A DNA stretch of 64,000 nucleotides from NCBI GenBank assembly GCA_030704615.1, contig CM060733.1:31930001-31994000 (forward strand), in the 5' to 3' direction. Under the pieces are notes generated by a model that saw only the letters and a program-made list of their open reading frames with translations, did not search any database and was not told the DNA's origin. The position numbers and the translations under genes are program-made. The DNA is from Takakia lepidozioides. Taxonomy: Eukaryota; Plantae; Bryophyta. This document shows, piece after piece, positions 35,990-48,951 of the stretch (positions are counted from its first letter, which is position 1; every line of letters begins with the position of its first letter).

Positions 35990-36017
35990 TTTGGTGACCA
36001 TACTGGGGACTAACGGT

Positions 36018-39000
36018 ATGTTGAGTTCAAGAGTACTCAAAGAAGGATGGTTACTCAGTGATTTCTTGAAATCACGACAGAACGAGTCAACAGAAGCAAA
36101 GGAATGGAAAACATTCCTAGAAAATTTTCATGGTTTACCAAGAGCAATACAACAAAAAAACTTTCTATCAGTCGTGAAAGAAGATGACAAATGGGGATTG
36201 AAGGGAGGAGTGATCAGTATTACACGAGCACCTTGGGAATGTAGGATTAGAAGTGAAGAGTGGTTATCTCGTCTAGCTCTATTGATTACTCTAATCCCAA
36301 TCAGAAAAGTTTGTTACACTAGTTATATTTTCAGAGAAGGATGTTCAAATTATGAATATTGTCACACGATCATAGAAGCAGTGGAGTACTGGATACCCAA
36401 AGACTTATTGCAAGTCAGATACACTGAAAAATACAGATGGTATTATTGTGCCCATTAAAAAGTTTGGTGATCAATCAGTAAAAAAGAAAATTAAGTTGTA
36501 ATACGGATTCTTGCAAGATAGGATGAGTCTTGAAGAAAGGGTAGAGACACTATAAATTTTCTTTACTGACATACCAAGACTGTTTTAAAGGGTACTGAAA
36601 AGGAATTCTACATATGATGTGGGAATGAATGAGGAAATTAAAGAAAAAGCTAAACAAGACAGAGCTGAACAAATAGAGAAATATGCTGCAGAAAGGGAGG
36701 CTCAGTTAAGAGAAGAGTTCCCAAAATTACAGAACTTGAAAATTATTCAAGGTAAGACATCAAACAATGATAAACCAGAAGATCAGGAAATCGGATTGGT
36801 GGGAAGTGGGAACACTACACCAGAAGAAGTTGCCAGTAATGTACTTGGTGAATGGTTACCACAAGAAAGATCTGAAGGATCTTCTACAGTAACAAGCCCA
36901 AATAGAGGTTTTGCTGAAATATTAGAAGAAATTTGAGAACATTTTGAGTGAAGAAGGTGAAAGAAGTGAAAGCACTTCTCCAGAAAGGATAACCAGAACT
37001 GCACTCAAAGCTTTTAAAGATTCATTAAGCTTAGTAGGGACAGCAGCTGGGAGACGACTATCATTGGGACAAGGACCTCCTAGCTTTGAATGATTGTTTG
37101 GAAGACAAACACCAACACCACCACAGCCAGCAGCAGCGGGACCATCCCAGTTCAACAGCACCAGTTGCACCAGCTACACCGATGGCTTTAGCAGCAAGCA
37201 AAACCAGACCACCATTTCCTTTATATGATGGGAAATCTGATCCAGATATCCATCTTAATCAATTTGAAAACATGTGCACCATTTACAATGAAGCAACAGA
37301 CCAAGAGAAGATCCGACTATTTCCTTGTTCAATGGCCCGAAAAGGCATTGAATGGTTGGCAACTTTCCCAGCCAATCACTCTGCGAATTGGGCGGATATG
37401 AGAGCCGCATTTCAAGAAAGATATAGATCCAACAAATCCACGTCTGAAATCTTCACGGGATTACAGAACCTAAGCCAAGAAGATATGAATCCTTTCCTAA
37501 GATGGTTCTTCTTATAGTCATATTGGAAAAAGATTGGTGAACTGGTGTGTGTTACATGTGAAAAGGCATGTGAAAGGGCACATATAATCATGGCGAATTC
37601 GTACAAACATGTGGAGTGGTATCCTGGGGTGTGATCATTCAAGTGAGCACGTACACTTAGACATGGAACGATGAACCTCAAGGTTGAAAATCTGGAGTTA
37701 AAAGGTTATAACTACTGTTTGCAGAAGTCACAAAGCTCCCAGCAAAGAGCCAAAAAGAAGCTTTAGAGTCTCCCCATTGTATTGCACCTACCTCAAGCAC
37801 CAGGGGATGATTTGCAAAAATCATGGTTCATCAATGGACTTCGTCCTGAATACGTAACCATGGTTACAGTCATGCCTAACAACACTTTGGCTGAAGCAGT
37901 AGGGACTGCAAAGAAGTTGGAATTGGGATTCCATCAGAGCAGAAGCAAAGATTCCAAGGATTTCTTGGAAGAAGAAGACTCTGATGATGAAGAAAAGCCC
38001 AAGCAAAAGAAGAATGAAGTGATTGACAAAACCACTTTGGATCAGAAGATAGCAGAGGCTATCAAGAATTTTAAAGATGAAGGGCCACAAAAGGCAACAT
38101 GGTGTCACAAATGCGGGACTGCACGACACCTGGCAACGGAATGACATATGAAGGACAAATACTGTGATATTTGTCATATGAACAATCATAATACCAGCCA
38201 TTGTATTTACAACCAACGGGCCAAGAAGACTGGGTACACACGGAGGTGGGGGTACACCAAGTCCAAATCCGACGGGGAGGATCGGACGAACCAAGACGAT
38301 ACAACATGGGTAATCGTTATCAGAGGCCACGAAATGAATATCCACCAAGGGATAGGGAACATCAACCCAGAAACAAAGAAAGCACGAGATGCCACTATTG
38401 CAAGAAAGAGGGACACTGGAAACATAAATGCCAGTTGCGAATCAAGCATGAGGCAGAAGTGGGAAATATGGAAGCCGGACCAAGTGTAGCCGTAAGTGTG
38501 GTAACCCCTGTAGTGGATACTCTTGCGGTAACCCGAACTCAGGCCAAGAAACAGAAACCTCTTGATAAGGAGATTGAAGAAGAACGGAAACAATATCCAG
38601 AAAGTGCAGCATGGCAGGAGGAAAAGAGCTTACACCAGGAAGTAAGTAAAACCATAGCTCAAATGCAAGAAGGAACCCATATACCTTCTGGAGAGCCAAC
38701 TCTAGATAAGCAAATCAGACCAACGGCGAAGACCATGAATACAACCACGGAAACAGAATTGGCCGAAGTAATCTGCCAGACCAAGACCCAAATTACCATT
38801 GGACAATTATTAAAAATTGCTCCACACTGCAAGAAAACTTTATTTCGGGCAATCGAGGCATTGACCCCCACACCAAAACAAAAACCAACACCAGAGGTTT
38901 ACACAATTAAACCCACAACTATACGACAAACTCCAGATTACGACAAAGCGGTACCCGTAATACAAGTACGTATTGGACGGAAGATGGTAACAAATGTACT

Positions 39001-40775
39001 CATCGATGGAGGATCAGGAGTGAATATCATGACACAAGTCACCATCACGACGAAGCAACGAGGTACCATTCCACGAGAGAAACGACCTTGCATAGTGGAA
39101 GAATATGATTGGTCCAGTGGACTGTCGGATGAAGAAGAAGCCATAGTATATGCAGCACATCCACAGTTGGAACCTATTAGACAACTGGTGGTCAAGCATA
39201 CCACAACAGTAGGATGTCACATGGTGAACACCCAAGGAGAACCAAATACTTTGAGAACTGAAGATCCAGAGGAAGAAGCGATGGACACACCTCAACACCC
39301 GGCCCGGTTCTATCAAGAAAGGGAAGAAGACATTCAAATCAGTGAAGTACCTGCCACAATTGCAACCATCGGACAAGAGATTGCAGGATGGACAGTAACG
39401 GAAGAAACTCAATTGATTCAAGTGAATCTGGGAACAATGGAAGAACCACAGATAATACGAGTAAGTGCAGGTCTTGAAGAATCATTTCTACAAGAAGCCA
39501 CCGCATTATTCACTGAATACAAGGATGTATTTGCCTGGAACTACAAGGATTTGAAGGGTATACCTTCTAACATCTGTCAGCACCGAATAATCAAGAAGTT
39601 ACTGGATGCAGGATTCATATACCCAGTAGAGACACCAAAATGGTTATCGCCCATTGTGATAGTACCCAAGAAAAATGGAAAACTACGAGTGTGTGTGGAC
39701 TACCGCAAGTTAAACGCAGGAACCAAGAAAGACCCTTTTCCATTACCTTTCACTGAAATAGTGTTGGACACAGTGGCTGGACATGAAATGTACTCATTCA
39801 TGGATGGGTTTAGTGGGTACAACCAGGTACAGATGGCAGAAGAAGACCGAGAAAAGACCGCATTCATCACTGAATGGGGAGCATATGCTTACAAAGTCAT
39901 GCCATTTGGACTTTGCAATGCTCCAGCCACATTTCAACGAGCAGTATCTGAGATATTCAAGAACTATCTCAATGATTTTATGCAGGTATTTTTGGATGAT
40001 TTCAGTGTCTTTGGACAGAAATCCAATTATTTGGCACAGTTAAAACTTTGCCTACAAGCCTGCAGAAACAATGGAGTAAGTCTCAACCCGGAAAAATGTA
40101 CATTCTGTGTGAATTCAGGATTATTATTGGGACACATTGTGTGCTAATAAGGAATTCTGGTAGATCCAAAGAAAGTGGAGGTTATCTAGAAAATACCACC
40201 ACCAGAAAATCCCAAGAAACTCAAGAGATTTCTGGGACAGACGAGCTATTACAGAAGGTACATGGACAAATATGCTCACAGAGCGGCACTAGTCTATAGA
40301 CTGCTGAAGCAAGATGCCGAATATCGATGGTCTCCAGCTTGCCAGGAATCATTTGATTCACTAAAAAAGGCACTCACAGCAGCACCAATTCTGATAAATC
40401 CAAGATGGGATTTACCATTTCATGTACACAGTGATGCATCAGGCATTGCTTTGGGAGCGGTTCTAGCTCAGAATGTGACAGGTACAATAGATTCACCAAT
40501 CTATTATGCAAGCAGATTGTTGACAGCAGCAGAAAAGAACCATAGCACCACAGAATGGGAAGCATTGGCAATGATTTATGCTGTTAAATTTTTTTGGCAT
40601 TATTTACTTGGCAATCGCTTTAAGTTTATTGTTTATCATCAGGCTCTAGTTCATCTAGCAAATCGACCACTAGCTAGTGGCAGGGTTGCTCGATGGTTAT
40701 TACTTCTTCATGAGTATGACTTTGAAGTTGTTCATAAACCAGGGAGATTAAATGTTACAGCAGATCATCTGTCAA
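36018..40775 (+). pseudogene. Gypsy gag-pol: unknown N-terminal extension, capsid, three zinc knuckles, protease, RT and RNase H
   Basis: YDGKSDPDIHL..F, WFINGLR, CX2CX4HX4C x3 (one with Cys>stop), VLIDGGSGVN, DGFSGYNQ, MPFGLCNAPATFQR, FLDD and HSDASGIALGAVL. Contains stops, frameshifts and a ~290-bp foreign segment at ~37490-37780. Confidence 0.92.
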
Positions 40776-41991
40776 CACTACAACAAAAAGCGGCTTTTAC
40801 ATCTCTGTGTTATGACTGCAAATGCAGTCATGGAAGCCATTTACGACTTCCTGACTCTGAAGACGTAAAGACCTAGTCAGTTGTGACATGGCAGATATGA
40901 CTCTCCAGGCTGGCTGTCACGTGGCGCCAGAGCAGCTGTGGGGGTAGTCATACACGCTGGCATTACTGAATGACTGAACGGACAGTGTAGTCCATGTCAG
41001 CCGCGGTGTCAGACAAACACGTGGTGGCTACAGAACATGCCACGTGTCAGACTGCGACGCCAGCCCTCACTGCCAGCTATGACAGCGGACGAGGGAATTA
41101 AACGACAGCACGTGTCGCGTCATAGAAGAAACGCGTGGTGCGACATATCATTGCCACGTGTCACTGTGGGGGACGGGGCTTCGCAGTCACATGTATGTCT
41201 TCATGGGGGGAAATTTGGGGTCAACACGTGGCAGCATCTGGGGACACCATATGCCACGTTCGTGTGTGCCCACGTGCTGGACTTTCGAGAGTTGTGGTGG
41301 ATTCTTGCCAGTCATACCTACGACTGGCGCAGTACGGTATATTCCATGAACAGGGGATTCCATGAGGACGTTGTAGTCCCAGGTGGTGCCACGTGCACGA
41401 TCCTCTAAACCTCACGTGCTGCTTCGTAGACATACATTTGACTGGACGTTCTGCATATGGAGTCATAGGACCAACTGCGCGGGGACCTTAGGGGGTCACG
41501 TGTCGGAATGTAATATGCTCATACACGTATCATATTGGGTTCGGTACTCATGGTTATGACTCTAGACGGACACGTGGATATGCCACAGAGGCAGCCAATA
41601 GGGTGCCACGTGCATGTGCCATACAACATCACAATCATGTATACAGCAAGACTTTAGGCACAAAAGTGGCACAAAAGTGGCACAGACGTAATTCTGAAAG
41701 ACCACAATAGCAGCAACATCACCATCCAGCATCACCATTATCAACCACATATGAACAGCAACAACATAACCAACCATAGTGTGTGCAATGGGGACATACC
41801 ACCTACCACCTGCTCATTAATGAGGCATAAGTTTGCAACAACATGCATGAGAAAATCCAACATGTGATTGCTATCAAAATTGGACAGTCAATTCAGAGAA
41901 ACTGTCACTACTATAAGTTACCGTAGTTGCCAAATCCGGATGAGGCACAGGTGGAAATCCCCAAGAAATCCACGATGCTAGCCGACCTGCC

Positions 41992-44900
41992 TCATCTCTT
42001 TGTCTGCAAGGTCTTCACTAGTTTGTCACTCCACACAGTAATGTAACCTACAGTGTCTCCCAACTCAGTGTCTCCCAACTCAGTGTGATGAGGCTTCATG
42101 GATTTGTTGTGATATGGTAGAGGGGCATTGGGAATGCGGACATCATCAATGTGGATGGCCACATAGCCTTCTGGCACAACAGGGTACCCTTCACTCACCT
42201 CCATCCCTTGGAGACCAGCAATGCGGCCAGATCCGGCTGTTGATCGCGAAACAGTGTCTATGAGCTTGACATGGTCTCCCACCACGAACTGCCATCCCAG
42301 CCCAAACATGGCAGATTGCATGAGAATTGTGGAACATGGATCGTGGAACGTATTGTGTCTACAAGGTCTACAAGGAGCTAATAACAATTTGTCTATCCAG
42401 GTCGGGAAGGGGAGAATAGCAGATGCATACACTTACCCCATTCTGCGAATCAGGGATCAGTGGTGTCGGCTTCCTCAAAGGGTGAAGGTGTGCTGCCCTT
42501 TGATTTGGGGGGCCTCGTTCGTGGCCAAGCACCTACAACCAACCAACAAGCACCAAAAATGTATATTATCTACACTGGGAACTCAAATTACACTAACACA
42601 ATAAGATGCACCCAAACTGTCAATGCCTACAGTTGACACTGCGACAGTAATTTGACAAACTCTATCACAACATGTTTTACTGCCACAACTTAAGCACAAA
42701 TGAGGCTGGCAATGGCACAAGGGAGTCACACAAAAATGCCTCTAATGTCTGGCACTGTGTACCACACTACAAAGTATGTTACCTGGCGAGGCTGAATGGC
42801 TCGAGGGCTGATAGCTTGTTGCCCAAATGTGGGTTGCCCTTTGAGATATTCTGGAATGCTCGGAGCCTTAGCTGCCCCCTCCAAGAAGGGCCATAAGCTG
42901 GTCAGAAGGAAATTATCATTGTGCGCCTCTACAGAACGACTTCTCCAAGGCAGTGGGAAAATGGCGCTGTATGCTGGATTTTTTGACCCCTTGTGCGGTG
43001 TGTCGTCAACAAGAAGAGTGGTTTCAGGATTCCAGACACAGTTGTCCCGCCACACTGTAGATAGGTTCTTCAGAAACCGTGGTTTCATGGGCAGGCTCCC
43101 ATCCATGTCAGTGGACTGCTCACAATATCCCCCATCCCACTTGAATGCAAGGTCACGGTGCCCATGGAAAAGCCAGTCCACTGTGGGTAGGAAGTTACGT
43201 GGTTGCATACAAGACCATGCTGCCACTTCAAAGTGTTCGAAACACTTGTCCAAAAAAGCTTTGCAACCAGGCCTTACAACGACCATCTTGCTACCACATA
43301 ATTTGTGCTCAAGGCCATTTGGAACCACAAACGCATTACCGCTCCCGACATGGACGCACTCACACAGCAATCCATTAATATCTAGGATGAGCAAATGCTT
43401 GCCCTTCTCCACTATTGTGTGCACGACATTCTCCGACATTAATTGAAGGTTGGGAGTGGAAGTGACAACCGTGGGTTGCTGGGTAATATCTGCCCGCGGG
43501 GAAACAAGGTCAATGTCCAGGGTTGTCTCAGATGCCCCCACCGCGACAGCAGCAGGCCGGAGTTCTGCATGCGCCTCCACTACCGCACAGTGTGACAGAA
43601 CTGCACGAGGACGCGTAAGTTCCTTGGTAGGGGTGTCGTCCCCTCCACCTGGGCCAACATGCTCCACCTGCACATCATCCTCGAATGCATCAACGGGAGT
43701 GACGTTACCTGGTGACATGCCAGGCAAGTCAAACCTGTCCTCCAGACGTCTTGAGGCTGAAGGGCCAGCGATGCACGAGCTGTTTGCTATGGATGAGCCC
43801 ACTAAGGCAGGTGAGGAAATGCTGATCCCAAATTTCTCAGCCATGGCCTTCTGGTACATCATCACATGCGATATTGTAGCCTTCAAATCCATCATATCTT
43901 TGTGTTGTGCACCCTGTGCTCTTTCCATATCCTCCACTTTGCGAGCAATTGCTGAATACCCAGAGGTCCCCTCCTGCCAGGTCCACGCAAGTCCATGAAC
44001 AACATGAGAACATCATGCCGTTGGTAGGGAAAATGCCTAGAACAAAATAATCGACAAAAAATGGGAGAAAGAATGATCACGTGGATCTCACCATCCGCTC
44101 GCTGGTCAATGTTCTGCTTACTGAACCTTCCTGGATTTCATGCAACGATGGACTTCGGCCTCGCTCCTTTGCCTGCATTTGTCATGTACCAGCTCAGTAT
44201 GCTAGCATGGTCAACCTGACGAGCGACATACCATTCTGTGACAACAGTGATTGAACAGAGGTTTGTCAGACATACTGTTGGGATGCAACCAATATTGGTA
44301 TCCCCGCGCCCACTAACCTAGTCACTATGTCTGCAGTAATACAGAGAGCTGAGTGACAAATGCAGCTAATGCAGAAGAGTAATCACCAGCACAACACTAC
44401 CCTATGTTAATGACCACAAAAAGTCATGTTAACACTCACACTCACTCTCACTATTGCAGTTTCAAATACTGCCCTGACATCATCATTGCACGACAACTCT
44501 GATCAGACCCTCCTCTATCCACACTTACAGATTGGTATGTAAAATGAGGACCCCACCCACTTCACAACTTTGCCAGGTTCGGGTAATCCGGGTTTTCTAG
44601 TAATCCAATAATCCGGGTTTTCCAGATATCCTCTAGAAAACCCTTCACACAAGCATCAATCTGCTGTGTGTGATTTGCCCAAAAACTAGGCCTCAGGAAG
44701 GCCTGGGCTTTTGGCTCAGCCTCTCAACTTTCAAAGTTGGTGAACAGGGGTACAGGCACAATTCCCTTGATTGAATTGAAGACAACGTCTCTTTGGTGAG
44801 AGAACCCCGGACAGTGTATCAGAAAATGAATACTGTCTTCAGATTGCCCACACAACGGACAATTGCACTCTCCCTTTCCTCTCTGCTTCTGTTTGCTGTT

Positions 44901-47900
44901 CAAAGGTAGGCTTGCTTCCTGCCCTGAGTTTAAATTTCAGTCTAGTGCCGAGAGTGGGTAGACCCTTGAGGTCATCCAAGATGTCCACCCCCATGTCACT
45001 GACTAGAAAGAAGTTCAGGGAAGTTCTCTGCCTAACTTCATTTCATCAGACAATCTCATGGCAACAAACATGGCTTCAGACACTACAGCCTCTAAGGCAG
45101 ATTTATCCAGCAGGGTCAAGACTTGCGGATCCAGGTCCAGGTCCTTGAGAATCTTTTCTACTCTCTTCTGCCAGGACTTAGCCTGTTTGACAGGGCGGTC
45201 CTGTTTCCAAGATATAGAGTCGATCAACTTAGGATATCTGGTGTTGGGCATATGTTGCAGCTGACCCCACCATCTGACCTTGAATTCATCTCGTCGGGAG
45301 CTTAAGGATGGAATGCCAAACTCACCCCGAACAACCACATTGGCTGTTTTGGAGCATGCTGACATACACTCCTTAAGCACCCCCACTTGAATGGATTCTA
45401 GAGACTTAGCCTGGTTGGAGCTATCAACCCATATAGCAGATCTGTACTCCAAGGCAAGCCTACAAGCACCTTGCGACAAGGTGAATGAACACTTTAGTTC
45501 ACTCCACAGGCAACACCCCTTCAAGAAAAACCTGATTGCCGGGGACATAATTTGGAGAATTCAATGACAAAGCCTGGTGGCACTTCGTACTTCCCTCCTA
45601 ACATGGTGTAAAATGGGGGAAATGGACACCCCATTATACATTGTACTCATAAGACGTTGTTTGCCGTAGCCTTCTGGCCATTGACCCCACGCCCAGTTTG
45701 AGCGGGAACAAAAGGAACAGAACCTACCTCAGTCAGGGGTTGACGTTGGTAGTAAGACTTACCTTCATATAAAGATTTAATCCGGGTTTTCCAGATATCC
45801 TCTAGAAAACCCTTCACACAAGCATCAATCTGCTGGGTGTGATTTGCCCCAAAACTAGGCCTCAGGAGGGCCGCGGCTTTTGGCTCAGCCTCGAGAGTTT
45901 CAAAGTTGGTAAACAGGGGTACAGGCACAATTCCCTTGATTGAATTGAAGACAACGTCTCTTTGGTGAGAGAACCCCGGACAGTGTATCAGAAAATGAAT
46001 ATTGTCTTCAGATTGCCCACACTACGGACAATTGCACTCTCCCTTTCCTCTCTGCTTCTGTTTGTTGTTCAAAGGTAGGCTTCCTGCCCTGAGTTTAAAT
46101 TTCAGTCTACTTCCAACTTGTGGGTAGACCCTTGAGGTCATCCAAGATGTCCACCCCCATGTCACTGACTGGAAACAACTTCAGGGAAGTTCTCTGCCTA
46201 ACTTCATTTTCATCAGACAATCTGATGGCAACAGACATGCCTTCAGACACTACAGCCTCTAAGTCAGATTTATCCAGCTGGGTCAATACTTGCGGATCCA
46301 GGTCCAGGTCCTTGAGAATCTTTTCTACTCTCTTCTGCCAGGACTTAGCCTGTTTCACATTATAAACAACAATCAGCCAAGGCAAAGAGGGCAAAAAGGC
46401 TGGTGTGTGAACTTACAAGCCGAGCCTCAACAGATGCCTTCCCACCACGTCCTGTTTTTGAAGGCTTCTTGATTGATGAATTTGCAACCTTCATGAGGGC
46501 ACTTTTTGCGTTGAATCCTGCTGTCTGCCAATACGATACCAGCCTGTCCCAATGAGCTTCCTTCAGATGCGCAGGCCTCCCCTCGCCTGCCTTGTACATT
46601 GCATGGATCTCGTGTCTTTGGGTTTTCAAGGCAATGCCAAGTGTCTTCCTCATGTGCTCATAGTCAAGACCACGTGGCGTGTACGCAAATGTAGAGTTTA
46701 GAATCCTATATATTTCTTCAATGACAGATTCATCCTGCGCTGCAATATGCATTGACATGTCACACAAACGCCACATCTGGCCTTTGAGGGCTGCATGCCA
46801 GGTATTGCGTGCTGGTCCAATGGGCTCTCCAGCTTTGTCAACCGGAAGCACTTGAGGGGGGAGTCCATCTTCGTCTCGCGCATCATGGTTTCGGATTGCC
46901 TCTGCCCTGGCACGCCTGTTCGCCCGCCTCAAAGCATTAGCTCGCTCCTTCTTGGTCATAGGGGTCTCTTCCTTTGCCACCTCAGGTGGTGGGGCAGCTG
47001 GGGGTTGCCATGGGGAATGGGGGGCGGGACAGTATCGCCCACCGTATGGCCCAAAAGGTTCGTATGGTGGACGTGTAGATGCCGGGTAAGCATGTGGGTC
47101 TAGGAGGTAAGGGGGAATAGGTGGAGGAGAATGGGCATATGGCTGCTGTGGGTAACCACCTGGAGGGGGCTTGTATTGGATGTGCGGGTTGTAAGGGCCC
47201 GCAGCGCCATACTGATCGGGGGTGGGGTAGGCATGTGGGTAATGTGTGTACGGAGGGTACTGTGGAATAGGTCGTGGAGGTGGTCGTTCTGCGCTTGGGG
47301 ACTTGTTTGTAGCAGGGTTGACTTGTTTGAACAACCCCCGCCCCGATGGACTGCCCACCACAGCTGCAGCGCCTTCGATGGAAGCTCGCCTCTTCCTGGC
47401 CTGCACAGAATAAAAACCAATTCAAACATTAAAGTCAATCAAAGCATTCAAATGAAATCATGGCAACTTAGAACAAATTAACGCCGTGCACCTGCCATTT
47501 TAAAGCTTTGATTGTACTCATCCTCCTATGAGCAGGTCCTCATCCCCTCAGACTCATCAGGTGCCCCACACTTCTGTTTACCCATTCAGAAAAGTGGGGG
47601 CTGAGCCAAATCTACATGGCCAATTCCAAAGCCTACCTAGTGGGGAGACCTCAAAAACCATTGGCATGCTTGTATCAAAGCGTGCATACAAGTACTTGCA
47701 TCAGTGGGTAGATGGACTCATTTGAATGGACATTGCATTTTAGTTGTAAACAGAAACATCACTATGTATCAACCTCTTAGTAAGAGCCTTTGACTTTAAC
47801 CCAAACTATGTACACGATGAAGATATAGCAAAAGGGGTTGATTTCCTATCCCATTGTGGGGTTTCACTGCCTATATGCTCGGGCATCCCTTCCTTCCTAC

Positions 47901-48344
47901 ATCCCAATTTTTCTAGCAATGCCATCTCCCCAATGTGAAATTCCCAAAGTGAGAACTTTCCAAATGTGATTGCATTCAAAGTTGTGCCACGTCCACTGCC
48001 AGATTTTCTGTGGCTTCCACCTTTCAACCTCTTCTGTGTGGGAAGTGCATTTACATCCTGGAATGCTAAGAAAGTCTCAGACACGTTCTGTACATTTGCA
48101 TGCTTCCTTCATGGGTATGCTGAGCATGTGAATGCATAGAAATGCTGAAGATGTGGCGTCATAGTGAGGAGGTGCTTACAGATGGTGATTTTGCCGGCGA
48201 CGGGCGTTTCTGGGGAAGCGAGGGTGCAGGAGCTGGGTGGCGAAGAATATCTTCGCTAGAATCGCCAGTGTGCTCGCCCGCAGGGACACACAACAAATCC
48301 TCCTCCTCGTCTTCGTCTACATACTGTCGTGCCTCGTCGGCCAT
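41992..48344 (-). CDS. TnpA-like protein (Ptta/Transposase_24-like region and Tnp1-like C-terminus) with an internal FCP1/SCP HAD phosphatase-like domain; ~930 aa spliced
   Basis: Phase-0 GT-AG exons 48344-48180, 47400-46417, 44172-44092, 43973-42783 and 42532-42437 join without stops. The last exon (~42290-41992) has an uncertain acceptor. Motifs include HWDRLVSYW..F.AKS...KTGRGG..VEARL|AKERGRSPS and VPEGYVAIHIDDV..PNAPLP..LGDTVG..TVW. Confidence 0.8.
42850..43405 (-). other. FCP1/SCP (NIF)-type HAD phosphatase-like domain inside TnpA exon 4
   Basis: KHLLILDINGLL...RPGCKAFLDKCFEHFEVAAWS...FLKNLSTVW...ETTLLVDDTPHKGSKNP covers HAD motifs I-IV of the FCP1-homology family. Confidence 0.88.
44583..45470 (-). 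mobile_element. LINE ORF2 3' fragment, copy 1, in a TnpA intron
   Basis: Post-RT region LEYRSAIW..LESIQ..VRGEFG and a CPLC..ED..HFLIHC zinc finger; near identical to copies 2 and 3. Confidence 0.8.
45641..46356 (-). mobile_element. LINE 3' end, copy 2, in a TnpA intron
   Basis: Same sequence as copy 1, extending to the stop ...KATANNVL* TGAGTACAAT. Confidence 0.8.
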
Positions 48345-48951
48345 TGTTTCTAGCCTTCCACTGCGTCTGGGTGGTCCCGTGGGTAGTGGAGGTCGACGGC
48401 AAGCACGCTTTGGTTTCGGAGCAAGAAGCCTGCAATCCTCGCCCCATGAAGAAATTAACCAATCCCGCTCTCTTCATGGTGCGCCATGATAGTGTGGAGA
48501 CAGGCGTCGCCTCACAACCATCATTCTGTGTACTTAGCAATGCAATCCCAACACTGGGAATGTAGAAAAACTCGTAAACCCAAAAGACAAGGATGCGGGC
48601 AATTTCAGGCTAAACCGTAGACCTCTCACATTTTAAAAAAAAAACCCTAATGACAAGCCCCTGCAATGCGATGTCTGACAACCCCAAACTAAAGTATTCG
48701 GGTCAGTTGAGCACTCCGGTTGAGGTGGAATGCTCTCCTGCGAGATTTAGGCCACAACACTAGGGTGAGCCGCCTCTCAGTATACTCACAGTGGGTGCGA
48801 ACCAAACAACTCCGCCTCAACCTCTTTGTTGCGAGCAATGCAGGTCTCCCTTAGCTTCTCATACGCAGTCAGAGGACCGCACGGGGAGGGCCTGACCATG
48901 GCAGTCTGACATCAGCTGCAAAGACCCTTGCACACCCCCTGTGTAAGTACA

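Noticed and set aside
38201-40775. Prokaryotic RT system (retron, DGR, group II intron)
   Set aside because: The RT is embedded in a gag-PR-RT-RH-INT order with typical Ty3/Gypsy motifs.
42796-43998. Long + strand ORFs (216 and 182 aa)
   Set aside because: They are antisense shadows of the TnpA-FCP1 exon.
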